From Paraspadella gotoi (lineage: Eukaryota; Animalia; Chaetognatha), in the NCBI GenBank assembly GCA_051294375.1, contig CM119263.1:26068436-26132435 (forward strand): a DNA stretch of 64,000 nucleotides, in the 5' to 3' direction. The notes beneath the pieces are model-generated. The model did not search any database and had not been told where the DNA came from. It saw only the letters and a list, made by a program, of their open reading frames with translations. This document shows, in pieces, positions 30,701 through 45,581 of the stretch (the first letter of the stretch is position 1; each line of letters opens with the position of its first letter). Made by a program: the position numbers and the translations under genes.

Positions 30701-33700
30701 ATTAAATCTTATTTCTGAGATAATAATGTCAGAATATTGAATTTAAATGAGTCCTCATTTGGTTCCGCATACAATCCGTGTCTTTTAGACAACGAAATCT
30801 GAACTTCAATAATTACCATCTTTCTTGATCTCATTGGTTAGAATGAAGCTTTCTTTATTTAAAAAAACGGTAGGCTATAGTTATCTTCTTCTTATGATAT
30901 AGTACTTTCCAGGTAAATTTCTATGAGTTAAAAAAACGGTAAGACATGATTTCTTCAATGATTGTCAATCAAAGCTTAATTTTAGAAATAAGTATGATTG
31001 AATTTTTATGGTAAAGATAACTTTTAAAGATTGAATTCCTCATTAGAATCTTCACGTCTTTTACTTACACAAAACTATTCAGGCAGGACGCCACATTATC
31101 TCATACAATTTTTTTCCCCTCATACCCTTTCCCTGATTCTTTTTCTTCATCTCTTTTCTTCTCTTTATTTGTATTTTTCTTTCCCTCTTTCCTCCCCTAC
31201 TTCTCACGCCGTCAATTACCATTTTTTTTGGCCCTACCTTTTTTTTCCACTCTTCCACTTTCTTCACTTTTTTTCTCTTCTTCATTCTTTCCCTTTCTTT
31301 TCCCCTCTTTTTCTTTCCATTTTTCGCTCTTTTCCTACCTTTTATTTGTCTCACTATTTTTTTCGCCATTTGCCTTCTTTTTTTGCCATTTCCCCCCTCT
31401 TTCATTCTCTCCCGACCTCCTTTTCTTGTTCTCCCTTTCCTCTTTCCTCTCACTACATTTACATTGAGCCAAATAAAAGAATATTTTCTTATGCATTATA
31501 AAAAAAGAAATTAACGGTAATGGAGGATTTTATTTCAATTTTGGTTGCCTAGCAGATTTAATAAATCGACAGATTTTGCGGAAAATTTTTCCGCAAAATC
31601 TGTCGATTTTGAGAAAAAACAAGTACTGACGCTTTCCATTGGATTAAAAGGATGCGGTTTTTTTTGTTTTAATAACGTCAGTATGTACCTCATCTTTTAA
31701 AACTAATAAATGAGTTAAAAATACTCTCTTTATCAAAAATAAATGCAAGTCACAAAAAGTCACAAATTAAAAGTTGTCTTTAAAAATTATTTGTGGCTAA
31801 ACGAAAAAAGTTTTTTTGATAATTTTGTAGGTGTTAAAAGCTTATTTAATAGGCTGTATTTTCTGTTAATTTCAACGAATTTGATATATTTTTGTTTAAC
31901 AAATTATGATAAAGACTGAAACTGCAACTTTTTGACTTGTTAACTTTAAAATTAATTCATAGGCAAACTATAAATGATTTAAGCAAATAAATTTACCCAG
32001 GGGTAAAGAAGATAAGGAAGAACGGATTTCCAAAGTAAAAAATTTTTCTCAACTTTCCTTGGCATTCAAATCATAGGTCGTAAGTAAAAATGGACAAAAA
32101 TGGACATAATTTTTTTTTTCTAAAAGTTGCCAAAATGGTACCCTTTTATCATTAGAAACGGGTGGAGATGTTTCTAACCAATCCTTCGTTCGGCCTAATT
32201 TGTTTTGTGGTACAAAGTTAATCAATATTGTAAGTAACAACTGAACAATAGTGGAAAGAGTCGTTTTTTTCCTAAATGCAATGTTTGTATGCGGAACCAT
32301 TTATCATTTTTTTAATTTTTAAATAATTATTTCTATTTTAAAAATTTTATTAAAAAAATATATAAAAATATTTTAAATAGATATAAATTATTTAAACTTT
32401 AATTTGTATAAAATAAGAGCATTAATAAAAAGAAATAAACAAATATTAAAGCAAAATAAAAAAAATGATAAAGATATGCTAATGAATTTGATATTTAAAT
32501 TTTATTATTTGAAGTTGTGAACAATTGAATCATTAAGTCAGAACAAAATGGTAGCTATTTATTCAATAAATTATTATTAAATCAATTAAAAAAATAAGAT
32601 GAACAAGGTAAGTAAATAATTTTAAAAATAATGATTACTGTATTATAAAAGCTTTGGAGCTAAAATGGTCCATACTTGTGTGCATATTCATTATAATGAA
32701 TTAAAGTTTTTTGATCTGGTATAGGAGCAGTAAGCTTTTCTTAACAAACAGTACCATTGGGATAAAATATTAAAATTAATTGCAAATATATCATGAAACA
32801 ATTTCGATATTAATGCGATATAAATTTAAATATTTTTATCCATTTATAACTAATATTTTCATTAACATCGCTCACCTTCCCAATTCACAGGGCATTCACA
32901 TGTCGCAAAGAGGGCGTTGGTAGTGAGGTTCCTTCTCGTTGTTGCATAGTTGCACACACCCCCGTTAACACAGTCACAGAAAATTATGGTTACTGTAAGG
33001 TCGCTATTTTTTTCAAGTGGAGGCACCGTTCGTCCCAGGTTGGTTGTGGCTATAAAGCTTAAAAAAGAGGTTGGCCGTAGTTTAGAAAAGATGTTATTAC
33101 AGGGCAACATTTACGCAGAAGCATTTAAATATTTATAATAAATTTAAATATTTACAATAATCTGATAATTGTGAAGTGACTTTTTTTGCTAGATGTGTTT
33201 AAATAAATAATTATGGAAATAGAGAACTACCAAAACTAAAGAATCTTATTGTTTGACAACCAAAACTAAAGAATCTTATTGTTTGACAACCAAAACTAAA
33301 GAATCTTATTGTTTGACAACCTGAACTGTCAGACAAATCTTCTTACTCGATGAGTCCATTGAACGTTGGATCGTTGGCGACTGTCCAACGAAAGGCGCCC
33401 GTGATATTGTCATATGTTGCACTTTGGGGAAGGTTCTCCGCTCTCGATGTCACTGGGAATGAGTTGGTCGTCACTGCCGTTATATTGAAGGAGATCACGT
33501 CACCCAATTTTCCATTCACCCTCACATCAGCACTTGAAGATATCCTTGGAGGCGTGTTAGCTGGAATAAGATATAAGATATAAGATATCAACTAATAAAA
33601 TTTATTTTTCACTAATTCTTCCTTTATTTTAATTTTTTTTCTTTCTTATATCATCACAGGTGATTGGTCTAGATAAAATCGGCCTCGACCAATCAGCTTG

Positions 33701-35817
33701 CAGAATGAAAGGAACTGTCAAAATGACTCTTGCCTCTGATCCTCTCTAGATATAAATAGACCTAGCTTTCCTTTGTTTCAGTAGAATTGATCTGGACTCC
33801 TGTGTGTGTCTCACCGTCACCATTATTATTCTCAGAATAAATCGCGTCTGATTTCGTCTATAGAAATCCATGACTTTTTCCTTCAATGATATCCTTAGTT
33901 TTCCTTTCTTTCAGCAGCCTCCCTTTAACTTAAATCATAAAAACTCACCATCCGCCGCCCGAGTCGCCACCAAAGTTTCAAAGGCCTGCTTGGTGGCCGC
34001 TCCAAACGCGGTGCTTGCCGTTTGATGAACGTCGAACAAGCAAGAGTTGTCATTGCCACAAGTCGCCTGGGCTGCCGCTAATCCAACCGGGTGATTAGTC
34101 CAGTCCAAATTATCGGAGAACATCGGAGTGAAGGGAGGAACGACTCGTGGTTCGAATTTTAACTCACCCGTCCACTTCCCTACAAGATAAGAAGTGGATC
34201 AGATATTTAAAATAGCGATATAATATAAAAGATGTATGTATAAGATAAAGATAAATCTATAAAATACATTCCAATAAATAATCTGGGACGCACATGTCTC
34301 TCCAAAATTCTCGTAGATAACTTGCTCGGAGGAGTTATCAGCCAATGGGATGGTAAATCCTTTTGGAATAAAATCATTTTCTGGGTTTTTGTCCATGTTG
34401 CCAAGCAACCCGCGCACTGTTCCCGCATAATTCTGATCGATTCGGATATTGGGAGTAAGGAAACCTTCCTTATTGTAGATCACGGTCAGGGTTAAGTCTT
34501 GGAAAGTGAAATTAATAATCTCCTGGGTGAGAGAATAACCAATGTACAAAATGTCATTATTAAAAAAATAGTTACCTGCGTTGCTTCCCAGCTGTAGTTG
34601 CACTTCCGTAGAACTTATCTTATTTACAAGAAAATTGGCAATAGGGCTGGTTTCCCTAAAAGTGACATTCCTTTGGAATAATTCAGAAATGGAACAGCTA
34701 GTTCCAGTGCATATTTCCAATGACATTCCTAACCAATAAAAGCCTTTTTTTATCCAGAATGATAAAAATATAGTAAGGTTTTGACACGAACATACATAAA
34801 AGATATATCCTAGAGATGCGCATCTTTGAATCGAAGCTCCGATCAAGTTTCCTTTATATTTCACTTCTATTCAAAACTGCATAGTCAAGGCCAAAACAAA
34901 TTATGTCAATATGGGCAGATTTCGAAAGCTTGGCGTCTTGGGAAGCCAATGGAGGTAGAGCGCGATCAAAATTCTCATTTTATCATGCCCAAAAATGGTA
35001 TTTAAATGGACTGGTCAGGCCGTTTTTTCCCTATTCCAAGAAAACCTCCTGGCTCTTGAGTAAAAAAGACCAAATCATACATATCAGTACAGTTTCCGAA
35101 ACCTTATTGTTTTCTCTACATGATGAAAAAAAGGAAAAATAAAATTCTTGCAATCTTAATTGCTTGATAAAGCAATCAAATGAACTGGTTTTTTAGGTGA
35201 AAACTGCATAGTCAAGCCTTCATTTTTTTCAATTTTGAACACATTACTATTCAAATCAGGTAGAGCGCGGGCTTAATTCAAAAGCGTTTTCTCAAAATAA
35301 TGCAAAATTTAAAAAAGTCCAATAAAAACTTATTAAAAACAAAAATCGTCGCACAGTGTTGCTTGTGAGTCCCAAATGCTAGAAAAATAATTTTTTAAAT
35401 TTTTTATATTATTATATAATATATAAAATATTTATATAAATATAATTATAGTATTGAGAATGAATTTTTTTATTCAATCCGAGAAAGGTAGTAGTATATA
35501 TTAAAAGTATATATGCTTAAAAAATTATATTTTACAATAAAATTAACTTTAGAGATCAAACGAAAAATTCGTTGTAATAGCAATTTTTTTTTTTTTTTTT
35601 TTTATTAATGTACATGTTTCGACTCTTAGTATTACGAGTCTTTATCAGCAAATGAATTCAATAGACCAAAAATTTTTTTAAACATTAGTTTGAGAGAAAG
35701 AGAGAAAGAAAGAGAGAGAGAGAGTTTCCAACAAAGAATTGAGCAAGGATAGTGGTCAGATGTGAGGACAGGTAAAAGTAGGGAAAGAGAGAGCAAATGA
35801 TTTTTGAAATTGGTGAT

Positions 35818-35860
<43 letters not shown>

Positions 35861-38800
35861 GGATCAATACATTAGGCAATGTACAACAGTGAAAAATTTT
35901 AGAAAAAACTAAATATTTAATAAAAATAATAATAAATTAATTGTTAGCTGATGATTGTTGGTAAGAGAAAATGAAATAAAAGAATAAGTGATGAGGGATA
36001 GATAAGTTAAAGATAAGTGAAATAGTAAGGTAAGAAAAGAGCTCAAAAATGAGCTGACCCCCCCTAGCCGGGCAAATGTGGGACGTTAACGATGTAGTCG
36101 GGTCATTGACCTGTCATAGGCTGAGATGATATTGTGGTGGAATGGGACAGGGCTGGATCTGGTAATGATCCGGCTGGAAAAATGCCGAGTGCCACTCGAA
36201 TATCTTTCTGACCTGATAGGCCTGCCGAGGGCCCTCCTCTCATCTGACGGTGAGGTGGGCGATTGCCTGTTCGGGCCTGTTTGGGGACAGGTGATACAGA
36301 CTCCTCTCCCTCCTCTTGCAGCTGTCGTTTTGGGCGACGCTCAGCACGAGAAGAGTCGCGCCAAGTTGCTACAAGCTCGGTTAACTAATTTTTCTANNNN
36401 NNNNNNAATTATTTTTATAATTAATATATAATAAAAATTATTTTTAACTGAACAGGATTTTTCTGAAAAATTCAGGCCCAGGATCTCACTGTGCGATGTT
36501 CTAAAGCTTAGTACTACGCATAGTACTAATCTTTGTTGGATCAAAACGAGCTCGATTTTAAGCAAAGTTGATCGGTTTGAAGAGCGATTTTTGCGATTGC
36601 TTTTTGGCGATTACTTTTGAACGGAGTCGGATTATGATGAAATTATGCATGTAGATAATGTTTGCAATTGTCTATCGAACGCTACCAAATTTGATAGAAA
36701 ACAATGAGTTGTTTAGAAACGATGCTCATCCCCATATATCCTCTGAGTTGAACTTAAGGCCAGGGATCACTCAATCTAAAATTGTAGAAATCTTAATTTC
36801 CTGTATCTTAATCATTTTCTCATATCTTTTAAGAGGTTTTCTGTTTAAAAATAATCGAAAACTTTTAAAAATCTACATAAAATGTTCATAAAAATTTAAA
36901 CAAAATTTTTTCCTCGGTAAAACTAGATTTTCCAGAGAAAAATAATTTTTTATATGTAAGCTAAATTTCTACAACTAAATTTTTAACTTAAAACTGATTC
37001 TTTACAGTAAGCTCAATTTCTACTTTTTATATTTAATTCTTCCTTTGGTACAAGTACATACTTGGAGTTGTATCACTAATAAGTCTAAAATAAACTACTT
37101 TACACATATTCCAGATGGGTTTTTATGCTTTTATGAGGTTTATGAGTTAAAAAACTTATCGAATTTATTTCAATTTGACTTTTTACTTTATGTAAATGTT
37201 TAATGAGTTTAATGAGTACAGAATTTGACTTTCTTGACGAAGTGAAGTTAAAAACGAAGAGTTGCAGCTCAAACGTTGGACTCTTCTTGAAGAAAAAAAT
37301 ATCTTGGGCAAGAAAGGAAAGGTGGGGGAGATTCTATGAGCGCGTTTTTGAAAAAATGTTTTTCGTTTCAAAGATATCAAGGAATTAATCCCAAAAATTG
37401 ATCAAAATAATCAAATTTTATATGAAGGAAGGCAAATTTTGAAAGTATCTTTTCATAGAATTGGAGTTCGTGACTTAAAGGTAATTCATGCCAAATTTCA
37501 TGAGAAACCGCATTACCGTTTGGGCTGCAACTCTTCAAATAGGTTTCTTTTATTTTATATAGTACAAAAAAAATCGAAAAAACGATGACGCCTTTGAAAA
37601 AATAGTAAAGTGAATACATTTTCGGAATCGTCAGGAGCTCTCCTTTCGAAATCCGAGCTCGGTTTTAGCCTAATTCTAATTTGAATTGAGTGATCCCGGA
37701 CCTTAAAAACATTTTTAACAGATATTGAGAGATTTTATGGATTTTCAATCAGACTAAATGATTTTAACAGCATTCTTCTCAATCATTCTACAGTTTACCA
37801 TTTTTAATCACGAGTACTCTGAATCTTACAGAATCACTACATTCCGCAGAGAACCCTGAGAAGATAGTTGCTGCCGTGGGAGTATTGGTATCTGTGTTTA
37901 TAGCTTGGGAGGTACGTGCCTTAAAAAATAATCATAATATCAATTCCTCCATACATACATACATACATACATACATACATACATACAGATAAGTATTATA
38001 TGATTGTTCGTAACGACAATCTTTACTAATACTCACATGAACGGCGCAACGTTTTCCTGCTTTTTCAAATTCAGTTAAAAGATAGTCTCCCAAACCGTTA
38101 AAGGTATATCCCTTGCCATCCAAAGTACTAATGTGAGGATCACCATATCCTGTCAAATGACAAATGTGATTCTATTTTAATTTTTTTTTTTCTCTCTTCG
38201 GAGGCGTTGGTTCAAATCGCACCGCTGCCACAACATTTAAGTAGACAGTGTGCAGATCCAGCATTGTTTACTCAAACTTGTTACTTAGTAGTTAATAAAA
38301 ATAGTTAAAACCTAAAAGCGATTTTGTAGCTACTGGGGGAGCTTTCCAAAATATTGGCAAAAAATCAGATTGCTTTCTATGAAATGAACTCCAATTAAAG
38401 AAAATCGGGCGAAGGCAGGTATGCCATCAAGAAATGTTGCAATCAAAAAAAATCATCAACAAGTTTTAACAATGATAATACGCATTATTGCATAAAATAC
38501 TAGTTTTCAAAAAATAATATAATAACTCTGGAGAGATAAAAAGCAGAAACTCAGATAGGAATTTAAAGGTTAAGTAACATACATCCTTGCTTTATTCTTG
38601 ATACTATAAAAAGAAGAAAAATGGGGTATTGAAAGTTGAATTTGTCTATGAAAAAAACAAACAAGCGAATATTCACTAGCTCACCTTTCGCCACTGGGTT
38701 TACGCCTCTCCGACATCGATTATTTCTATGATCACCGGGTCGACAGTTGCTGAATAATTTTTTGACGTAACAAAGGTTGAAATTCTTGTCCTTTTGACAC

Positions 38801-39833
38801 AAATCAAATATAGTGTTGTCATTCACCAGGTCGTCCGAACAACGGATATAGTTTTTTGTTTGTTTCTTTCGGTTTATATTGCCTTGTGCCGTGTACTGGC
38901 AAAACTGTAATAACAGAGAAATATTCACTATCTCATTGACCTGACATTCTTTTTTATGTCTCACCCGTTTGCAATTCCTGACTACCGATGTACCATCTAA
39001 ACGTTGCTGAGTGATTTGTCGTTGTTGGCTACTCTTAATTGTCAAGTCACGCTGAGTTTCAACGTCGAAGCCAGACATTAAATTTGTGGAAACGATTTGA
39101 CCTTTTGGGACCCTAACTGAGCATGGGCAGTGATTCAGATCATCGTCGAGAGAAGCCTGCAAAAAATAATGAAATAAAGTTTATCAGTTTATGAATTAAT
39201 TGTAGAATTTTTGCATTACGCACTGAAAATTGGGGCGGTAAAAAAAAAAGTTGAAAATAGTTACGCATAAAAAATATATTATATAATTAAATTATTACAT
39301 ATTACATAATACATAGGATGTCACATACTTTTCGGCAGGTATCCTGGTCTCCGTTGATTCGTTCTTGCAGTGCCCAATCTAAAATAGTCAGATGATCAGA
39401 CGACATATTGTTTGAGAAAACTTTAAACACTTGCAAGCCCGCGAACCCGTGCCCGCCTAAATAAAAAAATTATTAATAAATAATTAATTTCGCGGGTCGA
39501 ACTCGGATCGATAATGAATATAATTATCATATTTCAACTTTTAATGAATTCGAAAATATTTTTCGTATTTTCTTTTCTTTGTAAAAGTATATTTCATTTT
39601 TAAAATAATTATTCTAATAATATTATTTATTTAATGATTTTTTCCACCATGCATTTTAGTCTTTTTGAGGTAAATTGGCTGAAATATAACAAGTGTGAGC
39701 AAACAATGCCGGATCTGCCCACGTTCATTAGCGGTAATTAATAATTAAATTTTAATATTTTAATTAAAAAATTCAAACCATCGTTCCTCTCTCTTTTAAA
39801 TATACCCCTGCTTTCTTTCTCTCTCTCTTTCTT

Positions 39834-39889
<56 letters not shown>

Positions 39890-42800
39890 TCTCTCTCTCT
39901 CGCTCTCTCTTTCTCTCTCGTTCTCTCTCTGTTTTTCTCCAAAAAAGTGATGAAACATGAAAATTTTATTTTTTTCGAAATCTTTTTTCTGCGTAACATT
40001 CGTTTTCAAATTCCCAAATTCCGAAAACAACATTAATAGACATTAATTAATTACCGCTAATGAATTTTTTTAAGTAAAAAACTATGTCTGTCCGTCCGTC
40101 CGTCTGAGTGTCCGTCCACCTTAGCAATAAACTCCAATAACTCGTGATTGGATGGATGGATTGGAATGAGATTTTGTGTGTCGTTAGGAAAGTGTGTGAT
40201 TAAGCAGGATACAAAGTTTCGATGAAATCGTATTAGTGGAAATGAGTTTACGTAAATGAAAAAAAATCAAAGCCAAATAGATCCAAAATTTTTCATGGAT
40301 GCTTACAAGTAAATGTTTTAATTATTAAAAATTGGATATATGAATCAAGATGAAATTTTACATGTGGGTAAGAAAGTGTGTGATTAAGCAAGATATGAAG
40401 TTTCGCTGGAATCGTGCGAGAAGAAATGGAAAAAAAGAAAAGTCACATTAACTTGTTGTTTTATGTTTCTGTCTCTTTCTCTCTCTCTTTGATTGATTGA
40501 TTTCCATTGCATCGACTATAACACTATCAATAAATCATTCAGACTGCATCAAAATCAAAATCATCATATTCATAAATTTATATCGTAACAATAAACCGTT
40601 ATCATTGCAATAATGAATGATTATCATATCATTATCTGTATTTATGATTGCCTTTGATCGCATCAATAAATCACTGTCATAACATTTGAAATAAGATCTT
40701 ATGTATGGAAAAAACTCCCTTATTTTTTATTTAAAGAAAGAAAAACAGAAATCTGATTAGCTGCTTTTCGCTAAATTATCGTGGGCAGATCCGACATTTT
40801 TTGCTCAAACTTGTTTTAAAGTAATTTGTCACTAAAGAAGTCTTGCAAAAAAAATCAAACTTATTTGTTGTATAAAAACTTTGACTGGGTAAGAAACCGA
40901 ATCATCTTTAAAATCAATAAATATATATTTATTAATTATATAGAGTTTTCCATATTATTAATATCTATTGCAAAGTACATTTATTGATAAACTTTTAATA
41001 TCCATCGCTACATCACCTGATAGATCTTCGAGGGAAAGGTGGTATGCAAATTCAGAGCCATTTGGATTAAGAAAGCTTTCGTATTTGTCTATAATATGGT
41101 AGCCGAGCTCCATCATGGGAATGATCCGATCCAGTCTGTCTGTACACGCATAGGGAATGTCAACAGCGTAGGCATTGTAGGCAACCACAGTATAGTGACC
41201 GTCGGTGACGATAATAATTTCAAAGCTGATGGAATCGTCGCAATCTGGGAGAGGATACACGTGATCCCACTCTGCTGCCACCACAAGCCATGTACTGGTG
41301 TCTGATGATAGAAACGAAAGAGAGCTGTCGCCGAACATCTCCTTTACGTGGTTCAAAACCATGTCAAACTTTTGTGAGTCCTTTTGGGAAGAGAGTTTTG
41401 AGGATTAGAATAATACACTCATCTGTTAATAAAAATTATAATTATTTATATAAAATTTTAATAAATTATTATTAGATATTAATGATTAAGTTTTGATAGT
41501 TTTGAGGGTATTTATATTGTATTTGTACATCCACAACTAATCTTTTAATTATAATAATATTTTTTTTTATTTATTCTAAGTCTAAAAAAATTATAATAAC
41601 ATTAGATGGAGTAGATGCATCCTCTATTTCCAGAGAACAACACCAACGTCCCCATCCCAAACAGATACAGGGTAGTGATTCAAAACTTAGAAAATCCGCA
41701 TCACTTCATCTTTTTTTTATTTTGTGAAGATACTTAACCTATTAAAGCAGTGCGACAAGCACTACTGAAAAAACCACTCCTGCCACAGCAACTAAAAGAA
41801 TGACAGCTGTTCTTCATAAACGCTTGTGAAAGATTGAGCCACAGCTCGTAGACGGTTTCCCCTATGCTACGCTCTACTTTGCACAGTTTAGGGGAATTAG
41901 ATGTGGATATTATCAAGCCCGAAAATCATTCAGTCAAAAATAAAAATGTTGCTGCAGCTAAAATCTTAATCTATTTCAGCTGTGTACAACAATGCTCTTT
42001 GTTACAGAAATGCATAATAACCCCAAGAGTATTGGCTCTTTATACATGTCAAGAAATGGAATCTGAGAACAATATAGTAGACTGCAGCAATGGATTTTTG
42101 CCCAGTAGCAAAAATATAAGGAAGTATTTATCTTTCATCTGATGCTGCAGTAAATTGCATTAAGTAATTTACTTGATATTTTATACAGAAAGTCCCAACG
42201 ACATCAGTTATTGATTTCATAAGCTCACATATATGGCACTCAACCAGAGTGACCACTACATTTTGAACTTAAGAAAAAAAAAGAAATTTTTACAGCATCT
42301 TAAAATTGCTTTAATTAATTAAGGTTAAAATAGGTCTTATTAAACTGCAGCAGTTTAATAGCCATAGTGGATAGTAAAGATAAGATGTCCTAGTAAATAT
42401 TTCTGAATGGAGTTCTTCATTTGCTCTCTTTAAAATTTTCCTTTCAGCATAGAAATGAGCTTCTAGAGTTCATCTTGTTGGTTTTGGGTATGCTACCATT
42501 ACTACCTGCAGCATCCTTACAAATGGCTCTTATCGACTCGGGCTTGAGCTTAAAATTGTAGACTTAGAATAGTAGTTATTCCTATTCTTAATAGCATTCT
42601 TAATAATATATCTATTAGAAAACTAGGACAGATTGTGATCTAACCTTGTGTTGTGTAGATGCTCCCTCTATTTCCAGAAGACAACACTGACTTCCCATTC
42701 CCAAAATGAGTTATTAGATATAATGATGGGTAAAAAATTTTTAAGAAAGCAATACATATATATTTAAAGAATATAGATTAAAAGGTAAATCTTTCATAAA

Positions 42801-45543
42801 ATATAAAAATAAAAAAAGAAATAATAGTGAAACAAGTAATTTGAAAATTTTCATAACATACTGCTAGGGAACTTTAACATAATTAGTAGTCGTTTTAAGC
42901 TCTAAACCGGCACAGAGCAAATTCAACCAATGTTGCATTCTTTTTAGTAGCGCAGCGTATGGAAAAAACAATAGGAAAATAAAACCTATATCAGAAAGAG
43001 AAAACATCAGTGATTATTTTAATGTATTATAAAAAGACATTCGATAACTTTTTGCCTATAAAATCTAATGGTAAATACTATTCTAAGTTTTGATTCACTA
43101 CCCTGTAAATAATAATATATTTTAATATTTAACAGAAAAAATATTTTAACGGATAAATAAAATTATAAATAATTAAATCTAAAAAAAATAAGATAGTGAT
43201 TAGTGAAACAAGTAATTTTGCAATTTTGTAATTTTTCATTTATAAATTATATAAAAATGCACATAAATAATTCCTACAGAGTTAAACTGACGAATTTTCA
43301 TGTAACTGTCACTTCTCATATCATGATCACCCCACAGCGGCATCAGCGTTTCCTTTCCAGACAGGCTTCGCTCGACATTCCCGTCAATATTTTCAATTTG
43401 ATTGAGAATATGCGGTTCATGGTTCAAGGTAACCGCGCCATAAAGATGCATCTAATTTGAAAGGAAGAAGGGGTTGGATTTTGATTTATTTCTATTGGCT
43501 GAATACTAATTCTTTCATCAATATTCTTTACAAAATTAAATTATTTTTAGTCGGATCTGCTTATCAGCAGATTCCGACTCTATAATCCACTTTGTCGGTC
43601 CCTCGGTCCACCCCCTCAATATTGTCGGGCATTCACTTAAATTATGTCAGAACATCGAATTATGATATATTATGCAAAAAAAATATATTTCCGTCCATCC
43701 GTCTGTCTGTCTGGTCCCTTAGCAAAAATCTCCAATTACTGTGTGGGTAGGGAAGTGTGTGATTGAGCTAGATATTAAGTTTCGATGGAATCGTGCAGGT
43801 TGAAATGAGTTTAAATGGAAAAAACATAAGTCACATTTACTAAAATCTTTCTACTAATTTTAAGCCATAATTACATTAATTAATAATAATTAGATAGATA
43901 GATTGGGATGAAATTTTTTGTGTGGGTAGGAAAGTGTGTAAAGAAGCTGGATTTAAAGTTTCGATGGAATCGTGCAAGTGGAAATGAGTTTAAATGAAAA
44001 AAAAGTTAAATTTATTTTAATCTTTTTACTAATTTTTTTTTTACTTGAATTTTTATTATTTATTCCTACTCATAAATGTTTTAATTACTCAATTAATTGA
44101 TTACTTAATTAAAATGAAAAAATGATGCAATTTGAAAATATGATGCAATTTGAAAAAATGATGCAAGTTGAAAAAATGATGCAAGTGAAAAAAATAATGC
44201 AAGTTTAAAAAATAATAATAGTTAAAAAAATTATTTCTTTGTCCCATAGTAAAAGTTCAGTTTAATCCCTTTCAAGCGATTTACATGTATTGACGCAGCT
44301 ATTGGTTTGGTATGGTATGATCTGTTATAATCAGATAGGATCAAAAATTGAAAGAATTATCATGATTTATCATCTGATTAGCTAAATACCGCTTAATTAT
44401 CGTAGGCAGATCCGACATTGTTTGCTCAAACTTGTTTCTATCAGATTAGATTTGGCCTAATACAGAGTGTAATATTTTCATTTCATTATCCTAACAGACA
44501 TTAGAGAACTTTTTTACAGATACTATAAATATTAACATTTTATATTAGAGCGTTCAAAAACAAAATATAAGATATATAAATTCCGTTTATAATTATTTTA
44601 ACTGTAATAAGGTAAAGAATTCGATGGTGATGACCATTTTTTTGTATAATTTCATATTTCTTGTCGGAAATGACGGTTTATAATGTATATAAAATGCTAA
44701 TAAAATAGCGCAAACATTATAAATCAAATTATTAAAATTTTATAAAATTTACATAACTTTTAAAATATAAAATTAAAGACCTATAAAAATAATTTGGTAA
44801 ATTTATTTTTAAATTTTATGTTTTATTAAAAGTTAGCTATATTTATTAATAATTATGAATAAAAATTAGGCTAAAGTTAAAAAATAATAATTGTGTAAGG
44901 ACTTTCGATTTCGTTGTTTTTGAATTTGACAAAAAACAATTATGATTTGTTTTTTCAATGAATTGTATTAGATAATATTTGGATTTGGACATGTTTCGAC
45001 TCTTTTTAGAGCCTTCATCAGCGGTTTGACAATCAATAAATTTTGCTTTCTAACATTAAGTTAGAGAGAGAATTGAGTAAAGGACAGTGGTCAGATGTGA
45101 GGACAGGTGAAGGTAAGGACAGGGAAGAAGTAAGTTAGGTGAAATTTGAAATTGAGACAGAGGGAAAGAGAGAGAGAGAGAGAAAAATCTTTACATTTTG
45201 CCAGCTCATTTTGAGCTCTTTTCTCAACTTAATTTCACTAACTCTTTACTTACCTATCCCACATCACTTATTCTTCTATTTCAATTTCAACCTCTTAAAC
45301 TCATTAATTAATTTATTTTTCTTATTTCTATTAGTTTAATTCTTAAGTTTGTTAATTTATTTTCTCTTTATCATTGTTGTACATTGCAAAATGTAAAGAT
45401 TTCTCTTTCTCTCTCTCACTCTCTCCCTCTCTCTTAATTTCAAATTGCACCTCACTTACTTATTCCCTGTCCTTACCTTCACCTGTCCTCACATCTGACC
45501 ACTGTCCTTTGCTCAATTCTTTGTTGGAAACTCTCCCTTTCTC

Positions 45544-45581
<38 letters not shown>

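Noticed and set aside
31031-31501. 156-aa and 124-aa ORFs rich in F/S/L or K/R
   Set aside because: Low-complexity polypyrimidine tract, not a plausible protein.
33231-33320. Three 30-bp repeats resembling a CRISPR array
   Set aside because: Units are directly adjacent with no spacers, the context is a eukaryotic intron, and there are no cas genes; it is a simple tandem duplication.
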